Source: Phoronis australis (lineage: Eukaryota; Animalia; Phoronida). Taken from it: 64,000 bases of DNA. This document shows, one piece after another, positions 40,001 through 52,292 of the stretch. The stretch's first letter is position 1; every line of letters starts with the position of its first letter. The stretch is from positions 103,594 to 167,593 of the forward strand of contig NMRA01000462.1 in assembly GCA_002633005.1 (NCBI GenBank). The letters are read 5' to 3'. A program made the position numbers and the translations under genes. The notes below the pieces were generated by a model, which saw nothing but the letters and a program-made list of their open reading frames with translations, was not told where the DNA came from and did no database searches.

Positions 40001-43000
40001 TTGATCTTGACTCAGTGATGACAATGTGTAACCTCACGTTTCCACTTGAAGCTGTTTCATATGCGCACATGTGTGGACTTCAGTCATGACATGTGGTGCA
40101 ACTTTCAAACTGGAGAATAACTGGCCGTGTGACCATAGTTAGATCATGTGCAGATATGAAACACCTCCGAGGGAAATTTTTGAGGCTACGAAAATACCTC
40201 TTGTACTCTTGAATGTAGCCAATACTTAACTCTGCTTGACGGAACAGAACTGAAGAGCCATCGAAACATTTTTCACAAATTTGTGAAATGGACATGGATC
40301 AAAAGGATGGGGAGAAAATACTTGTCAGTGAGTTAGTACTAACCAAATAAAATCTCCTTGGGATATTTATGGAACTATAAACAGTGTTACCTGGTTATAT
40401 TTCGCCTCTTTGTACCTTTCTCTGACAATGACGAATCAAATCGTCTGCCATCTTGTACTCTTAGTTTTTTACTTATGACATCATATAGTGACCTGAATGC
40501 CAGCCAGTGAGCCAAATGAATGCAAGGTAAAAACGAAAAATGGCAGACTGTCAAGGAAATAGTAATTGAGTGGAATAAGTTCTTTTAAAGGGCTTGATTT
40601 CCATGCAGTTATACTTGCCGTATTATTTCTGCAGATAGGCCTAAATGTAGTTACGTGATTGTAATTTCGATGTGTGCAATTCGAAGGTCGTATCTATGAC
40701 ACTAAATTCTACACTTTCAACGTACAGACTTCCAACCATGTTTAAGGGCTGGTTTATCAACTACTTTGAATGGACCCAATGTTTTCAAAGCCGTGGTGAT
40801 CATTGTTTTGTGCTGGTGGTCATGAGTTGATGACAATGCCATGATGACAACCCCAACAAACTGTGCAAATAAGTTATAATCTTATTCTGCTTTTGGTTTT
40901 CTCTTCAACAGGTGTTAATTTATATGATCTCGTCCTTTTATTCTGTATTCTGAAAAAAGTTTTGAACTCGGCTATTTCGCTTCTTCCCATCTGTCCCATT
41001 TTTTTTCGAGTAGATGGTTCTGTTGAGTTATTCGTGGTTGTGCGCATGATGCAGTCGAACTGTCTTACAACAAACCCGGGTTATAGTGTTTGCTTGGTAA
41101 GAAGTCTCAAGCCAGCTGCACTGTACAAATCGATTTCATTGCAGTGAGTTTCGGTTAAAAAAGCGTTTTAGAAACGCCCCCGGAGTGTTCGTTGTAACTC
41201 GGATCAACATAAAGGCCATAGTTTCGCAGTTTTATTGTAATTTTCCAATCATTTTCCTCAGGTATGATGGGCTACGGTATGGCTAAGGCTGCCGTCCACC
41301 AACTGGTCAAGAGCCTGGCTGGAGCCAACAGTGGACTGCCTGCCCAGGCAGCTGTCAATGCCATCCTACCGTGAGTATACTGTAACATTTGTGCACTTTC
41401 ATTCCATCTTGGTTACCCTCTCTTTTAGATCTAATTTGTTTCCCCTTGCCCTGCACTCACTCGATTGGGGTGGGTCGGTAAATTATTTCAATTTTTTTCA
41501 CTTAAATCCGCATTTCTCCCAGTTTAGCTGAATGAAACTTCATTGAGGCATCTCTCATAAATTGGTGTTGTAATATTCCTTACCATTATAGGATCATATG
41601 TCTGTAACCAACTCAAGTCAACAGCTAGGCATACATTGCTCCATTTTCAATTTTTCAAATTCATGGTCAGCCAAGTCTGCACCGTTTTCTTGAGTCACTG
41701 GTGGTTTCAATGTTCTTGGTGGTAATGGAAATCAAGTCCTGTTGCTGTACCGAATATTATGAGACCTATTGTATGGGCTTATTAACACTTATCCTGCTGA
41801 GCCTCTATTCAGACTACTTTCCCTGTGTGCTGAGCTAAGTAGGTCACCACTACTGCTGTACACTAAACTGTTATGAAGGTCACCCAGACTAATGACCTAA
41901 CTATTTTAAACTGGAAATTTGAAGGGGAAATATTAATTTCACAGAAAGGAAGCCATCATAAAAATTGTTCAAAATTTAATGAAGATTTTCACCATTTCAT
42001 CATAGCCTTAGTGATACTTAATTGATCCACAGTCATCCTCTCATCCAGCCATATCGCCCAAACTAGTAATCACAGCCATATGGTTTAAATTAGAGAAATG
42101 TGGAGGAAACTGTGAACTACCGAAAGCTCATGCTCATACTAAATAACACCCAGGGCTCTCACAATTTCTGAATGAAAATGACAAGTGTCCTGGGTAGAGT
42201 GCACTCTCTTAGTGCTCCCAGCTGCAGCTTGTCATAGTCGATTGAATACACCCGTTGTGCTGTTATAGGATGACTGGCAAGTCAGCTGACTTAAAGATTC
42301 ATTGTTTTGTATATCAATATTTTCAGTATCACCTTAGATACTCCAATGAATAGGAAGTTTATGCCAAATGCCGATCAAACCAAGTGGACGCCGCTGGAAA
42401 CAGTTGCTGAGTAAGTTGTGACTTTAAACAAGAGTTGATAAGTCCCAACCGTTAACTCTGATATATGTACTTAAGTTGTCGTTTCAAGTCAATCCTGTGT
42501 TAATTTTATTATGCGCCCACATATTTATATGTGGACGCATTATGCCGCCATCCCGGTCCATCTGTCCGGTGTCCGTCGAGCGTCTGCTGCTGTACCTCTA
42601 AAACCCTTTGACATATGTTCATGAAATTTTGCCCATGTGTTCCTTTCCTGGATAGGACGGCATGAACGAGCTTTTGGACGGATACAATACTGGTGTGCCC
42701 CCTAGTGTCAATTTTAGTGTTTTACGTTTACCTTTTGTATCTTCAAAGGTCCTCAACGTATTTTCATAAAATTTAGCCATATAGGCATCTGTTTGTGAGA
42801 TGACGTTTTCCTCCCATTTTTGGATGGATGTGACGTAGTTTGTGCCACCTAGTGGCCATTTTTTTCTGTTTTCGTATCTGTTTTTTGGCGTCCACCCCGC
42901 TATCAACCAAACCGTTATAAGGATGATTGTGAAACTAGGCATGTATGTTCTTACTGTGAAGAGGATGGCTCATAATGATTTTCCGACGACTTCGACTACT

Positions 43001-44430
43001 GTGGCACCTCCTAGTGGCAGTTATTTTTTGCACCCATAGCTGCATCTCCTAAACCATTTGCAGGATCTTTACTAAATTTAGCAAGTGTATTTACATGATG
43101 TTGGTAACAGACGACCACAACTTTTGGACAGATCTGACTACAGGTGTGCCCCTTAGTGGCAATTTTAGTTTTTTACATTTACCTAGTCTGTATCTTCAAA
43201 GGTCCTTAACGGATTTTCATAACATTTGGAATATAGGCATCCCTTAGTGAGATGACGGTATCCTCCTGTTTTTGAATGGAATCGAGGTATTTTGCACTAC
43301 TTAGTGGCCATTTTTGCTGTTTTTGAGTCCACTCTCTGTTAACCAAACCATTCTAAAGATGATTTTGAAAATTGGCGTATATGTTCTCAGTTTGAAGAGG
43401 ACGGTTAACAATGACGACTTTGAATACTGTGGCGCCTTCTAGTGGTAATTTTATTTTGTTTTGCGCCCATTGCAGGGTCGCTGTTAAATTTAATAAGTGT
43501 GTTTATATGAAGCTAACAACAGACGTCGATGACCTTTAGGCGAATGCATCGAATGCTGTGCCCTCTAGTGGCAATTTCATTTTTTTCCGTTTTCTTTTCT
43601 CTGGAAGTCCTTGGCAGATTTTTATGAAATTTGGTAAATAGCTTTCTATTAAAGAAGCAATGGCTTTTTCCCGTTTTTGGGTGAAATGGACATTTTTGTG
43701 CCATTTAGTGGCCATTTTATGATACCAATAAACAACCCTACAAGCACCCCGTTTGCAGTGCATTCGTGGGCACATTTCAACGCTTCATGTTGCTCTTATT
43801 TAATTGTGACTGTATTTGCTGGATTAACGATAAAAAACTACAGACCATCTAAAAGCCGGGTTTTATCTTGGGGTCACATTTTCCATTCTGTTTGCATGTA
43901 TTGTACTTTCTATGCAACAATAAATAGTTGTGCTGACAGCCCTGCGAATGCCCGCCTACCACTTGTGCTGTCACATCCATTGAGCAAACATAAATGCCGA
44001 CACAAACTGTGTTCAGTAGTGAGTCTGTGTCTGTGTTAGCTCAATCAAGGTGAATGCAAAAGCACCCTTCTTTTCTGTGAATGGTAAGCACATGTCATGG
44101 GAACAGCACTTGACAAATGGAAAATGTGTCTCCAAGGTAACAAGGATTTGTTTTTTTTTTTTAATGTAATGTTAAAAACGGTTGCGTTTCCTTTTTAATC
44201 TCATTTGTTGCTTGAGAGAATTTATTTGTTGTGAACTTTCAAATTGGTAAATGATCGTTTGACTTCAGCCCCCATCTCATGCAAATTTTATATTAATATA
44301 CTCTAGTCATTCCTTGGTTTATTTTTACAGGCTTTTCTTCAATTGGACTCAGGACAGTGGCCGTCCAGCCAGCGGTAGTTTGGTCCAGCTTGTTACCAAA
44401 GATGGCCAGACAGAGTTTGTTGTGGCGTAG
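31003..44430 (+). CDS. QDPR: Dihydropteridine reductase (quinoid dihydropteridine reductase, SDR family)
   Basis: Exons 31003-31095, 36359-36548, 39516-39656, 41262-41370, 42327-42410, 44331-44430 (TAG), all GT-AG and in phase. Motifs: [40 protein letters not shown], catalytic [25 protein letters not shown] at 44679. Confidence 0.97.
31382..32626. mobile_element. Non-autonomous hAT-like transposon with a 5-bp TSD (CAAAC)
   Basis: TIR CAGGGCTCGAC...GTCGAGCCCTG; CAAAC at 31377-31381 and 32627-32631; repeated subterminal GGTCGCA..TGCGACC and TGCGAGCTGA motifs. Confidence 0.85.
33648..33725 (+). mobile_element. tRNA-derived SINE head or tRNA pseudogene
   Basis: A-box-like TGGTCGACTGG and B-box GGTTCGAAAC at tRNA spacing; no clean acceptor stem. 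Confidence 0.55.
33825..34195. repeat. Fold-back (palindromic) dispersed repeat; related arms at ~35460-35545 and ~52665-52755
   Basis: GAATTATGCCTCACACTGTCTAAAACATCAAAGTCACATTGTTATAAA is inverted relative to TTTATAACAACGTGACTTTGGTGTTTTAGTCAGTGTTAGGCATAATTC. TGTCCCTCTATGCGCAAA recurs at 52673. Confidence 0.7.
34361..34440 (+). mobile_element. Degenerate tRNA-derived SINE head
   Basis: GTGTGGCC... followed by B-box GGGTTCAAGTCC; the cloverleaf is disrupted. Confidence 0.45.
36195..36255 (+). repeat. Dispersed repeat fragment (also ~26520, ~57615, ~59620)
   Basis: Shared ATTACTTCCCATCTGAGTAAGGAACAA...GACCAATTTTATAG..GTAAGTGGT; the 26520 copy matches only the 3' part. Confidence 0.6.
37725..38660 (-). 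CDS. Uncharacterised 311-aa protein with a probable PTB/PID-like domain, nested antisense in QDPR intron 2
   Basis: Longest ORF in the window (936 nt), with an in-frame TAA just upstream of the ATG. The C-terminal half follows the PTB pattern by eye: YVKAWSIG...helix...[12 protein letters not shown]...ISVLY...CVFAFVT...YVHTFVMDS...helix. Confidence 0.7.
   Translation of the reverse strand: MHITMTTNTFGNGPRVVLPKISEHHKDTTLPKPGRTQQSIDRTIQMLRRGKNTRAESNAQPKNGMLRSDSRKKDVVDDSVEFTVSWIKTIGKHEHLTDHIAHIIDRFFQIMAANKQVERKTFQKNTVRKRGLMQIYVKAWSIGITTIPPNITISRYLCEKFKRVKRSKREDLGLRPVRISVNTIALTVTETSGSKKNTSRIYPWISVLYTTSNPETCVFAFVTNDKHIHSEQTDNTRYVHTFVMDSSITTILTEQYVGFCIQFLAYHKHHTKVNRSKQKSQVAPPTGFATRSRRNSISCDDIILQLQRKSP
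39723..39971. mobile_element. hAT-like MITE (~250 bp); second copy at ~47509-47743
   Basis: CAGGCCTTTCAA...TTCCAAGCCCTG flanked by an AATGTT direct repeat; the T-rich body aligns with 47509-47743. Confidence 0.65.
42504..43800 (+). mobile_element. Helentron/DINE-1-like non-autonomous element (HINE) with internal tandem repeats
   Basis: Sits between T-runs. 5' hairpin ATGCGCCCACATAT..ATATGTGGACGCAT, then a TGTCCG-type microsatellite remnant, ~150-bp subunits in a ~450-bp higher-order repeat, and a 3' subterminal inverted repeat GTGGGCACAT (43766-43775). Confidence 0.75.
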
Positions 44431-47400
44431 TAGAAGTAGTTCATTACAACGCATAGATTTGATGCACTTTGTAATGTTTACCATAATGAAGTGTACCACA
44501 TTGGACCTACAGCACCAAGCTAACAATTTACGTAGAAACCAAGTTTTGGTTTAATATGAGCAATGTTGAGGCTCCATATGTCAGTTTCAGTTATTCATAA
44601 GATGTGTGGTAAGTCTTCCCCTATTTAATGGTGAAAAAGTGAACTTTATTTTGGTAGATTTCTCTTCAACAGAAACGAAATAAAGTTAACAAAATTCATT
44701 GTATAATTACTATGCTTTGTTCTGTGCAGATTTAACATTTGGTTAAGTTTCCATTATTTGTAGCATTCCTTGAAAAATAGAAAAACAATCATTTTCACAA
44801 TCATTTATGTGCAAAATTAATGATATGCTGAAATTTCCCAATACCTGTAAGGTAGTGATTGATTACATGGAGTGCTTATCAAGACTCAGTGTATCTATTA
44901 GCAACTAGCCTTGAGCATTCAATCGCAGAACCAGCCAAATTGGTTTTTGTGCATAAAATAATGAATTTATCAATTTCAAGTTATTACTTTACAGACTTTA
45001 GCTACAAAGTACTTTCAATTTTACCAAAGATTAGAAATCATTACAAATCTGAGTAAGGAAAACATTGATGTCAATTTTGTAGTAGTAATCAGTCTTGCTT
45101 AAAAGTTGATGTTTTTTTACATAACCGTTAAGTGCACCTGTTTTTCGAATTTCTCACATACTCAGAGTTGGGATCTGTGTGCGCGTCTTCATTTATCACC
45201 AACTGGCGCACGGGCATTGTATCTCCGGGGAGTACGGCAGAGCCGTGTGCCTCCGCCCCCCCCATTCTTCAGTGCAAAAAGTTCCCGTTTGTTCCTCCCC
45301 CTGTTTGTTTCAGAGTGCTTCCACTCACTTCACGCACCGTTGAGTTTTGTGCTTCTCATATTACTTGCTGAGAACCACTCGTTTGCTTCTGTTGTGTTTC
45401 TTAATGTACCAATCTCGGCATTTAGCCTATTGTCTTCTGTTGTTTTATGTAACTATGCGGACTACATCATGTCTTTGTGCTTTCGTTAGGATGTTTGTTT
45501 TAACATGTGGCTTCTGCTTGTATTGCAGAGATTTGTATTCAGTGTTGAGGCACTCATTTGCCCATTTACTGTTTAGTGCAGTAGGAGATCTGTTGTGTTT
45601 TGATAGCATAGTTTATAGCAGCATTGTGGTCAATATAAGGGACTGTTTTGGATTTTAATTAGAATAATGAAATAGCATCATGGTGTCTGTAATTAACTGT
45701 GCCTTGTGAAATGCTAAACATTCTGTTTTAGNTGCTCTGGGTTGTTCTTTGAAACGAGGAATTGAACCAAGAAAGTGATTAGTTCTAATTTATGCAACTG
45801 CACTCTAAAACTAAAATATTTTTCTATTGGTTTATTTGTACTTTAATTTTAAGTGAACTGCTGATACTATACCTTTTGTCCATGTTTTCTTCATTCGTGG
45901 GTGCAATGTAGAAATAGTTTATGTTGTATACCACATGTAGTCATGGTTACAGTTCACTCTTTTGGTCCCATTGTAACCTTGACCTTTGCTCTATGGAGTG
46001 AGTTGTTGATTGAGAAATCAGTGTATGTCAAATTAAGGTCATTCCATGTTTGTGAACAATAATAAGTATTGTGTCTACCTTAAGTCAAGTTTTCTTATTT
46101 TGATATTTAATGCCTCAAGCATTGTTGTCTTTGAAAATCATGCTTTGGTTCAAATCTTAGGGAAGAACAATTTTTTTTTGTGAAAAGTTGAAATTCATAA
46201 TTACACGAATTAACATCATGAACAGAATGCAGTTCATTTATTTCTTTACCCGAAAGGCTCACCAATGCTAGTTTTCATTTTCGGCTTAACCAAGTTCAGC
46301 CCCAATATCTAGTAGAACTCACAACCTCAGCGGTCGCAGTTTAACACTTTTTTCACATAACTAAACGCCTAATCGACAAGTGGCAGAGTAGTTTATAACA
46401 TGTTTAATTGGTAAAGTCAGGAACCTTGGTTTCAGCGAATGGCTAGTAGACAACAGCGACAATCGGTGATTTGTAATAATATTACAAAAACACCTCCGGT
46501 TTTATAGCTCTCGTCGAAGCTAATGACTCCCAAGAAGTGTATTGCATCTAACAATCCAAAAAGTGTTTTTCAGCCATAAATTCGATTATTACAGTGGCCC
46601 AAAAATGACATTCGAAGTAAACTCGAAAAAGATCACTGTTTCTCCGCGGAGAAAAGTGTTTTTTATTTTTTAAAGTTCGAAAAAAATTGTTTTTTCAATG
46701 TCATCTAAGGTCAATATAGATTATGTTTCTTATAATAAACCAGGTGAACAACTTCTTAATAAGCTGACACGAACCTATGGACTAAAAACCGGTGAGCTGG
46801 CTGGTGGCCTTGCCAATTCAAACATAATTACTTGTATCATAGATACTATCTCTTCAAACAAAAACTGCGTGAGAATTTCAGTTTTTAGTTTGAAAATGAA
46901 CGATGATTAAAGTGTTCATGGTCTTGTGTAGTATTACAATAAAAACACTGTGTTGAATGAAAGCTGCAAGGTGGTGTTTTCATTTGAATAAAACGTGGCA
47001 GGTGTATCAAATTTTTTCTGCAAATTATTTTGTATGTTGGACAATAAATGTAATATTTCTTCAACCTGTTGGAATTTTGAGACAAACCAGATGAAAATAC
47101 GAAAGGGTGCAAGATCTTTGATGTGGCATAGTCTGTACTGTTCTTTGGCAAAACGTTCATGATCAAATAAGTCACATCTATTTGTTTGTTTTTGTATGAC
47201 GTCAGCTAAATAAAAAATTAAATTGCCAAAATCAAAAGCAACAATAATAATAATTAGGCCAGATTTACGTAGCGCTGTAAATTACGAACCACTTCGAAAA
47301 TTATTGCCCAGCTATGGATTGGATCAATCTTAAGTGAAAACGTTGTTGGAGCACACCAACTAATCAAAACATATAATTCTGAATCCTGCAAATAACAAAC

Positions 47401-48331
47401 CCCCTGTGGTTACCTTAATCGGAATCACACAAGAATTGAATTTTTGAGAATATGATGCGACTGCAGTTATTTTAATATTTGTGGGTCCATAATAGTGGTA
47501 ACAGATAACAGAGCGTGGAATTTTCCTCTTTTTTGCTTTCAATTTCCTATTTTTTGATTTCCAATTCCTCTTTTTTCATCTCTTTTTATCATAATTTTGA
47601 TTTTTTTATGCACAAAAAAAACGTTTCTTGCAGGTAACTTTTACAGCATAAAAACATTTCTATAACTTTAGACTATTTATTTTTAGAACGATACATCACC
47701 TGAAAATTTTTTCTCTTTTTGTCGTGGGTTAATCCAAGCTCTATTATAAGCTTCACCTTTTGGTGCAGACGGCTCTCATTTGCATACGGCGTGGATGTCT
47801 TAAACTGTGTGTTCTGCTGAATCCAAGTTGAATTTTAAGTGTAATTTTCATTAGTTTTGAATTGTTTGGAATTGAGGCAAGATTTTACAATTTTTCATTA
47901 ATTCGTATTTTCTCCGCGAACACGTTGAGGTCATTAGCCTTTTTTAACTATGCTTGAGTGAGACTTTTCACACCGATTTAAATTTTCCGCCATTATTGTT
48001 AGAGAATTGCAAGTCAAAAGTACACGTGGCTTTGGAGATTCTTTGTACCCGGATCGAAGATCATTGTTCCCAATCGATATATAAAATAACAATCGGTTTA
48101 ATTTGAATTTTAAGCGTTTTAATTGCCAGCCTGAAATACGCCTAACTTTCAATGTGAAATTCGATACGTCAGCGTGTGCCATTTTTGTAACAGAGAAGTC
48201 AATATTCACTGAATTTTTAAAAAATTGCAACTCTGTTTTTAATCAAGTATATCGCACACAGAATCGCGCGCTTTACAGAATCGTGCGCTTAATTCCTTTT
48301 CGGCGTAGTTTTACATACACAGGTTAGTATT

Positions 48332-48384
48332 CATGGGCGGCGCACCATAGGGGGCTGGGGGGCTATAGCCCCATGCCACCCATG
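48332..48384. repeat. Short GC-rich transposon-end repeat; second copy at 51112-51160
   Basis: CATGGGCGGCGCACCATAGGGGGCTGGGGGG is present at both sites. Confidence 0.65.
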
Positions 48385-49769
48385 CGTATGAGTCTAGTGC
48401 CGGTATGCATGGTTGAGTTTACCTCCTGCAAAAAACCTGATTGCGCACCTGGTGAAGGGCTGCGAAGGCTTGAACGTTTTGCATATTCTACAGCACTAAA
48501 TTCTGAAACTTGACACCGGGACCAATACGTTGTCCCGACGTTGTATACAAACCCCGGTCTTCACCGTACAGTTTCGCTTATACACTTATCATATGCTTTG
48601 CTGAAGTCATCAAGTGGAATCAAGACAGGATTTCTAAGACAGTCATCCACGTAGGCCATGGAGTACTCGAGCACAGACTATAGTAGGCCTAGTCACTTAC
48701 GTGTTGAGTTTGCTCAAAAGTAGAAGCAGTATCAAAGGTAATTGCGAGTTCGATTTCAATTACTAACGATTATCCTACGGTCCATGAAAATTGTTTTCCA
48801 CCTCTTTTGTGGACTCGATCACATCCGCCTATCAAACCAATTGAGCTAAAAAAAAATGGCTCACATTTTTATGCCGTAGTCTATCACAAAGAATGGGTAT
48901 GCGAAGTGTGAAGCTATGAAGAGGGCCGGAGGCGAGGGCAAGTGGCTTAACTGTACTGCCAAAATGCCAGGACGCGTTCTTTGGCAACTATGTCAGCAGT
49001 AGACTTACAGCTACAAGACATCGAAGACAATGATCTCGAGAACAAATCCACAACAATTAACCTAACTGCGAAGGGTTACAGTACATTGTATAATGATTTG
49101 TTTCTGTTCTTGACACCCCTCTGGCCACATTCCGTGATCCTAGCTAATTTCAAGTTTGAGCAGGCAGCGCCCGTGTTTAAACTTGGAATAATTCTAGTTT
49201 GCAAGTTTACTTTGGGAAGCAGCAACCTCAAACAAGTTGTCTTTGGAACTCCTCCGCATCAGCGATTGTTTTCTACCAAGTTTAACCAAGACGTGGTCTG
49301 CCTAAATTTGGAATAATTGTCTTTTCATTTTAGAAAAACTATTTTGTGAAGCCGGCATGCATTCCCTGGAAGATTACACTACATTGTAAACGCAATTCTT
49401 TCGTTTAGACTACTCTGAGCACATTAGAGATCGTTTTCTACACGATTCTAAGTTTAGGCAGTGCTAAAAGAAGTATTGGTTTGAAGTTTTCAGGATTTTT
49501 GTAAAATAGCTGGCTTCACTGAGAAACAGTCGTAATCCTTGAGTTATGAGCACGTCATCATTCCTTAGGAAAAGCTAGTCACACAAAACAAGTCATACTT
49601 TTCATGTTTGTGCAGGTGGACCTAATTATGAAGGAAAATGGTGGGTAGTTTTTAAAGATATAATGATTACTAGGTATTAAGCACATTTCAACGCGCAGAA
49701 CCCTTTGACCGACGCTAGGTGGTTAGGCTCGGCATTTTCACTAGTCTGGCTGCACAGACCCACTAGCCA

Positions 49770-49915
49770 TCCGTGACGTCGGTTTGTGAGGCCCGGGAAC
49801 CAGGTTATCATATTTTCACGAAAGACGTCGCGAGTCTGCATTCACAACTACTGACCTCTTGTACTGAGATGTCAAAACTAATAAAGGACTTCCGGCCGCG
49901 GTAGTAAAACCAAAG
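49770..49915 (+). promoter_or_regulatory. Candidate promoter and non-coding first exon of allantoicase
   Basis: CpG-rich stretch with CRE-like TGACGTC (49774), ETS ACTTCCGG (49888) and a strong donor AAG|GTATGT after 49915. The first coding exon has an acceptor at 53023 that needs an upstream donor. Confidence 0.35.
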
Positions 49916-50310
49916 GTATGTTGTTGGCCTGGCTATGGTTGTCAGTCGAGAAATGTTATCAGATTAAGAGGTTAAATAAGTGATGACCCTTCGGTTGGTT
50001 TTTGTTGCCGAAGATTCCGTGAGTCTCTTGAGTTTTGAATTCCCAAAGTGAACCTTTTAGCAGAGAACTGCATTGGTAAAATTTGTCTTTACACAGCACA
50101 TGCGTCCTCACTCACTCACTCAGTTTCTGACTGTCCCCAACCACAGCGTCCTCGTGTTTGATACGGACGGCTGAATCGAAGCACCTGTGGAATTTCTAGT
50201 CTCGAGTGTCATACCTTGTAGTATTATATGTAGTGTTTTGGGGACAATGAGAAGCTGAGGATGCCTGTGTCCCCAACAGCCTGTGCTGTGGTCCCCAAAA
50301 CACTACACAT

Positions 50311-51104
50311 AGTGTACCTAATTATCGGACGGAACCTAAATATCGGACATTTCAAAAAATCTTACTTGAAGCATAATCTGAGAATTGAATGACACCAATT
50401 GTTGTCCGGCACCGTCTCGTTTTTTACTGCGTTGCCTCGTTTTGATTTCACCGAGAGAGGGTGCAATTTAGACCCCCATGTCGGCCTAAAATGGACGATC
50501 GCATAAATCGGTTATAAAAGTTGAAAATAAAATCTTTCCACAATGAAACTTTCTCATTGAACTGACAATATGTAACTGTTCCATATTTTCATTTGTTTTT
50601 AAACTCAAGTCAAACCCCGACCGCGCACGTGCGGGTGGTGTTATTAAGAAGCCAAAGTGATACTAAAAACTGCAGTGAGTTTGCACGTGCTTTAGTCGTC
50701 TGCACTAATTCATCGAAATGACTTGGCGCCGTCATCAGATTTCATTTTATGGATAATTTTGTTGCGAATGGACCTGTGTTCTAGCAGCATATATGTCAAA
50801 ACACTAGAGCTGAAATTTGGCTACAAGGTGCCCTCGGCCATTACGTGGTTAGTCAGTTTTCCGCGGTGTGGAGTATGGGGAAACATGGTGTCCGATATTT
50901 AGGTTCTCCGAAGGTTTGCTTGTTGTGTTTTTTAAAGTTCAGTCGGAACATAAATGTGCCTTTCGGTGACAAGAAATAGTAACACACCAATTCTATAAAG
51001 GTAAGTCTTTATTTCAGCGAAGAATATACAACAGTCCGTAGTGATTTTCAATTAAATATAATGCAAAATGTGCCAAAATGTCCGATAATTAGGTCACTTG
51101 ACTG
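50311..51104. mobile_element. Tigger/pogo-like MITE
   Basis: ACCTAATTATCGGAC near the left end is inverted at the right end (GTCCGATAATTAGGTCACTTGACTG+TA). An inner copy GAACCTAAATATCGGAC is inverted at ~50890. Confidence 0.7.
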
Positions 51105-51554
51105 TACATGTCATGGGCGGCGCACCATAGGGGGCTGGGGGGGAGGCTGTTTAGCCCCCACTTTTTTCAGTGCTGCAAGTTTCCCACCAAATGAATGTAA
51201 TGGGTGGAAACGTTTGGTCACTTAACAATTAATTGCAATGGCGGAACAGCATATCAGAAGACGAGAACTATACTGAACAAGAACTGGACAACTATGCAAA
51301 ATCGACACTTAAAAATCACTGACAAAGACCACAGTAAATCTAGGACACTCGTATTTGCTATTGCCATGATGGAATGAGCACGGTCTTATCACAATGCCCT
51401 AGAATGGAAAAAATCTGTCCGTTATTTGTAAAATTTGCAAATACTTTTGCAAGGTGGCGAGTCCTTCATTGTAATGCCGCTTTTGTGTTTGGTCGAAACA
51501 CGAGGGTGGTTCCCGACTGAATCGCATGTTCAACACTGACATTCCACACTTATA

Positions 51555-52292
51555 CAGGGCACATAGTGATGTCATATCTGTGGAGCAGGGCACATAGTGA
51601 TGTCATATCTGTGGAGCAGGGCACATAGTGATGTCATATCTGTGCAGCAGGGCACATAGTGATGTCATATCTGTGCAGCAGGGCACATAGTGATGTCATA
51701 TCTGTGCAGCAGGGCACATAGTGATGTCATATCTGTGCAGCAGGGCACATAGTGATGTCATATCTGTGCAGCAGGGCACATAGTGATGTCATATCTGTGC
51801 AGCAGGGCACATAGTGATGTCATATCTGTGCAGCAGGGCACATAGTGATGTCATATCTGTGCAGCAGGGCACATAGTGATGTCATATCTGTGCAGCAGGG
51901 CACATAGTGATGTCATATCTGTGCAGCAGGGCACATAGTGATGTCATATCTGTGCAGCAGGGCACATAGTGATGTCATATCTGTGCAGCAGGGCACATAG
52001 TGATGTCATATCTGTGCAGCAGGGCACATAGTGATGTCATATCTGTGCAGCAGGGCACATAGTGATGTCATATCTGTGCAGCAGGGCACATAGTGATGTC
52101 ATATCTGTGCAGCAGGGCACATAGTGATGTCATATCTGTGCAGCAGGGCACATAGTGATGTCATATCTGTGCAGCAGGGCACATAGTGATGTCATATCTG
52201 TGCAGCAGGGCACATAGTGATGTCATATCTGTGCAGCAGGGCACATAGTGATGTCATATCTGTGCAGCAGGGCACATAGTGATGTCATATCT
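51555..52292. repeat. Minisatellite, 31-bp unit CAGGGCACATAGTGATGTCATATCTGTGCAG, ~23.8 copies
   Basis: Head-to-tail units with no spacers; the first two end in GGAG and the remainder appear identical. Confidence 0.97.

Noticed and set aside
45106-45658. Overlapping 79-127-aa ORFs downstream of QDPR
   Set aside because: Low-complexity T-rich translations with non-ATG starts, no domain or splice support, close to an N at 45732; probably repeat-derived.
50228-50308. Inverted repeat TGTAGTGTTTTGGGGAC / GTCCCCAAAACACTACA as a pre-miRNA
   Set aside because: The loop is long and the hairpin abuts a MITE end; more likely a transposon remnant.
51555-52292. CRISPR array (31-bp repeats with a weak hairpin)
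   Set aside because: Units are contiguous with no unique spacers, there are no cas genes, and the context is eukaryotic; it is a minisatellite.
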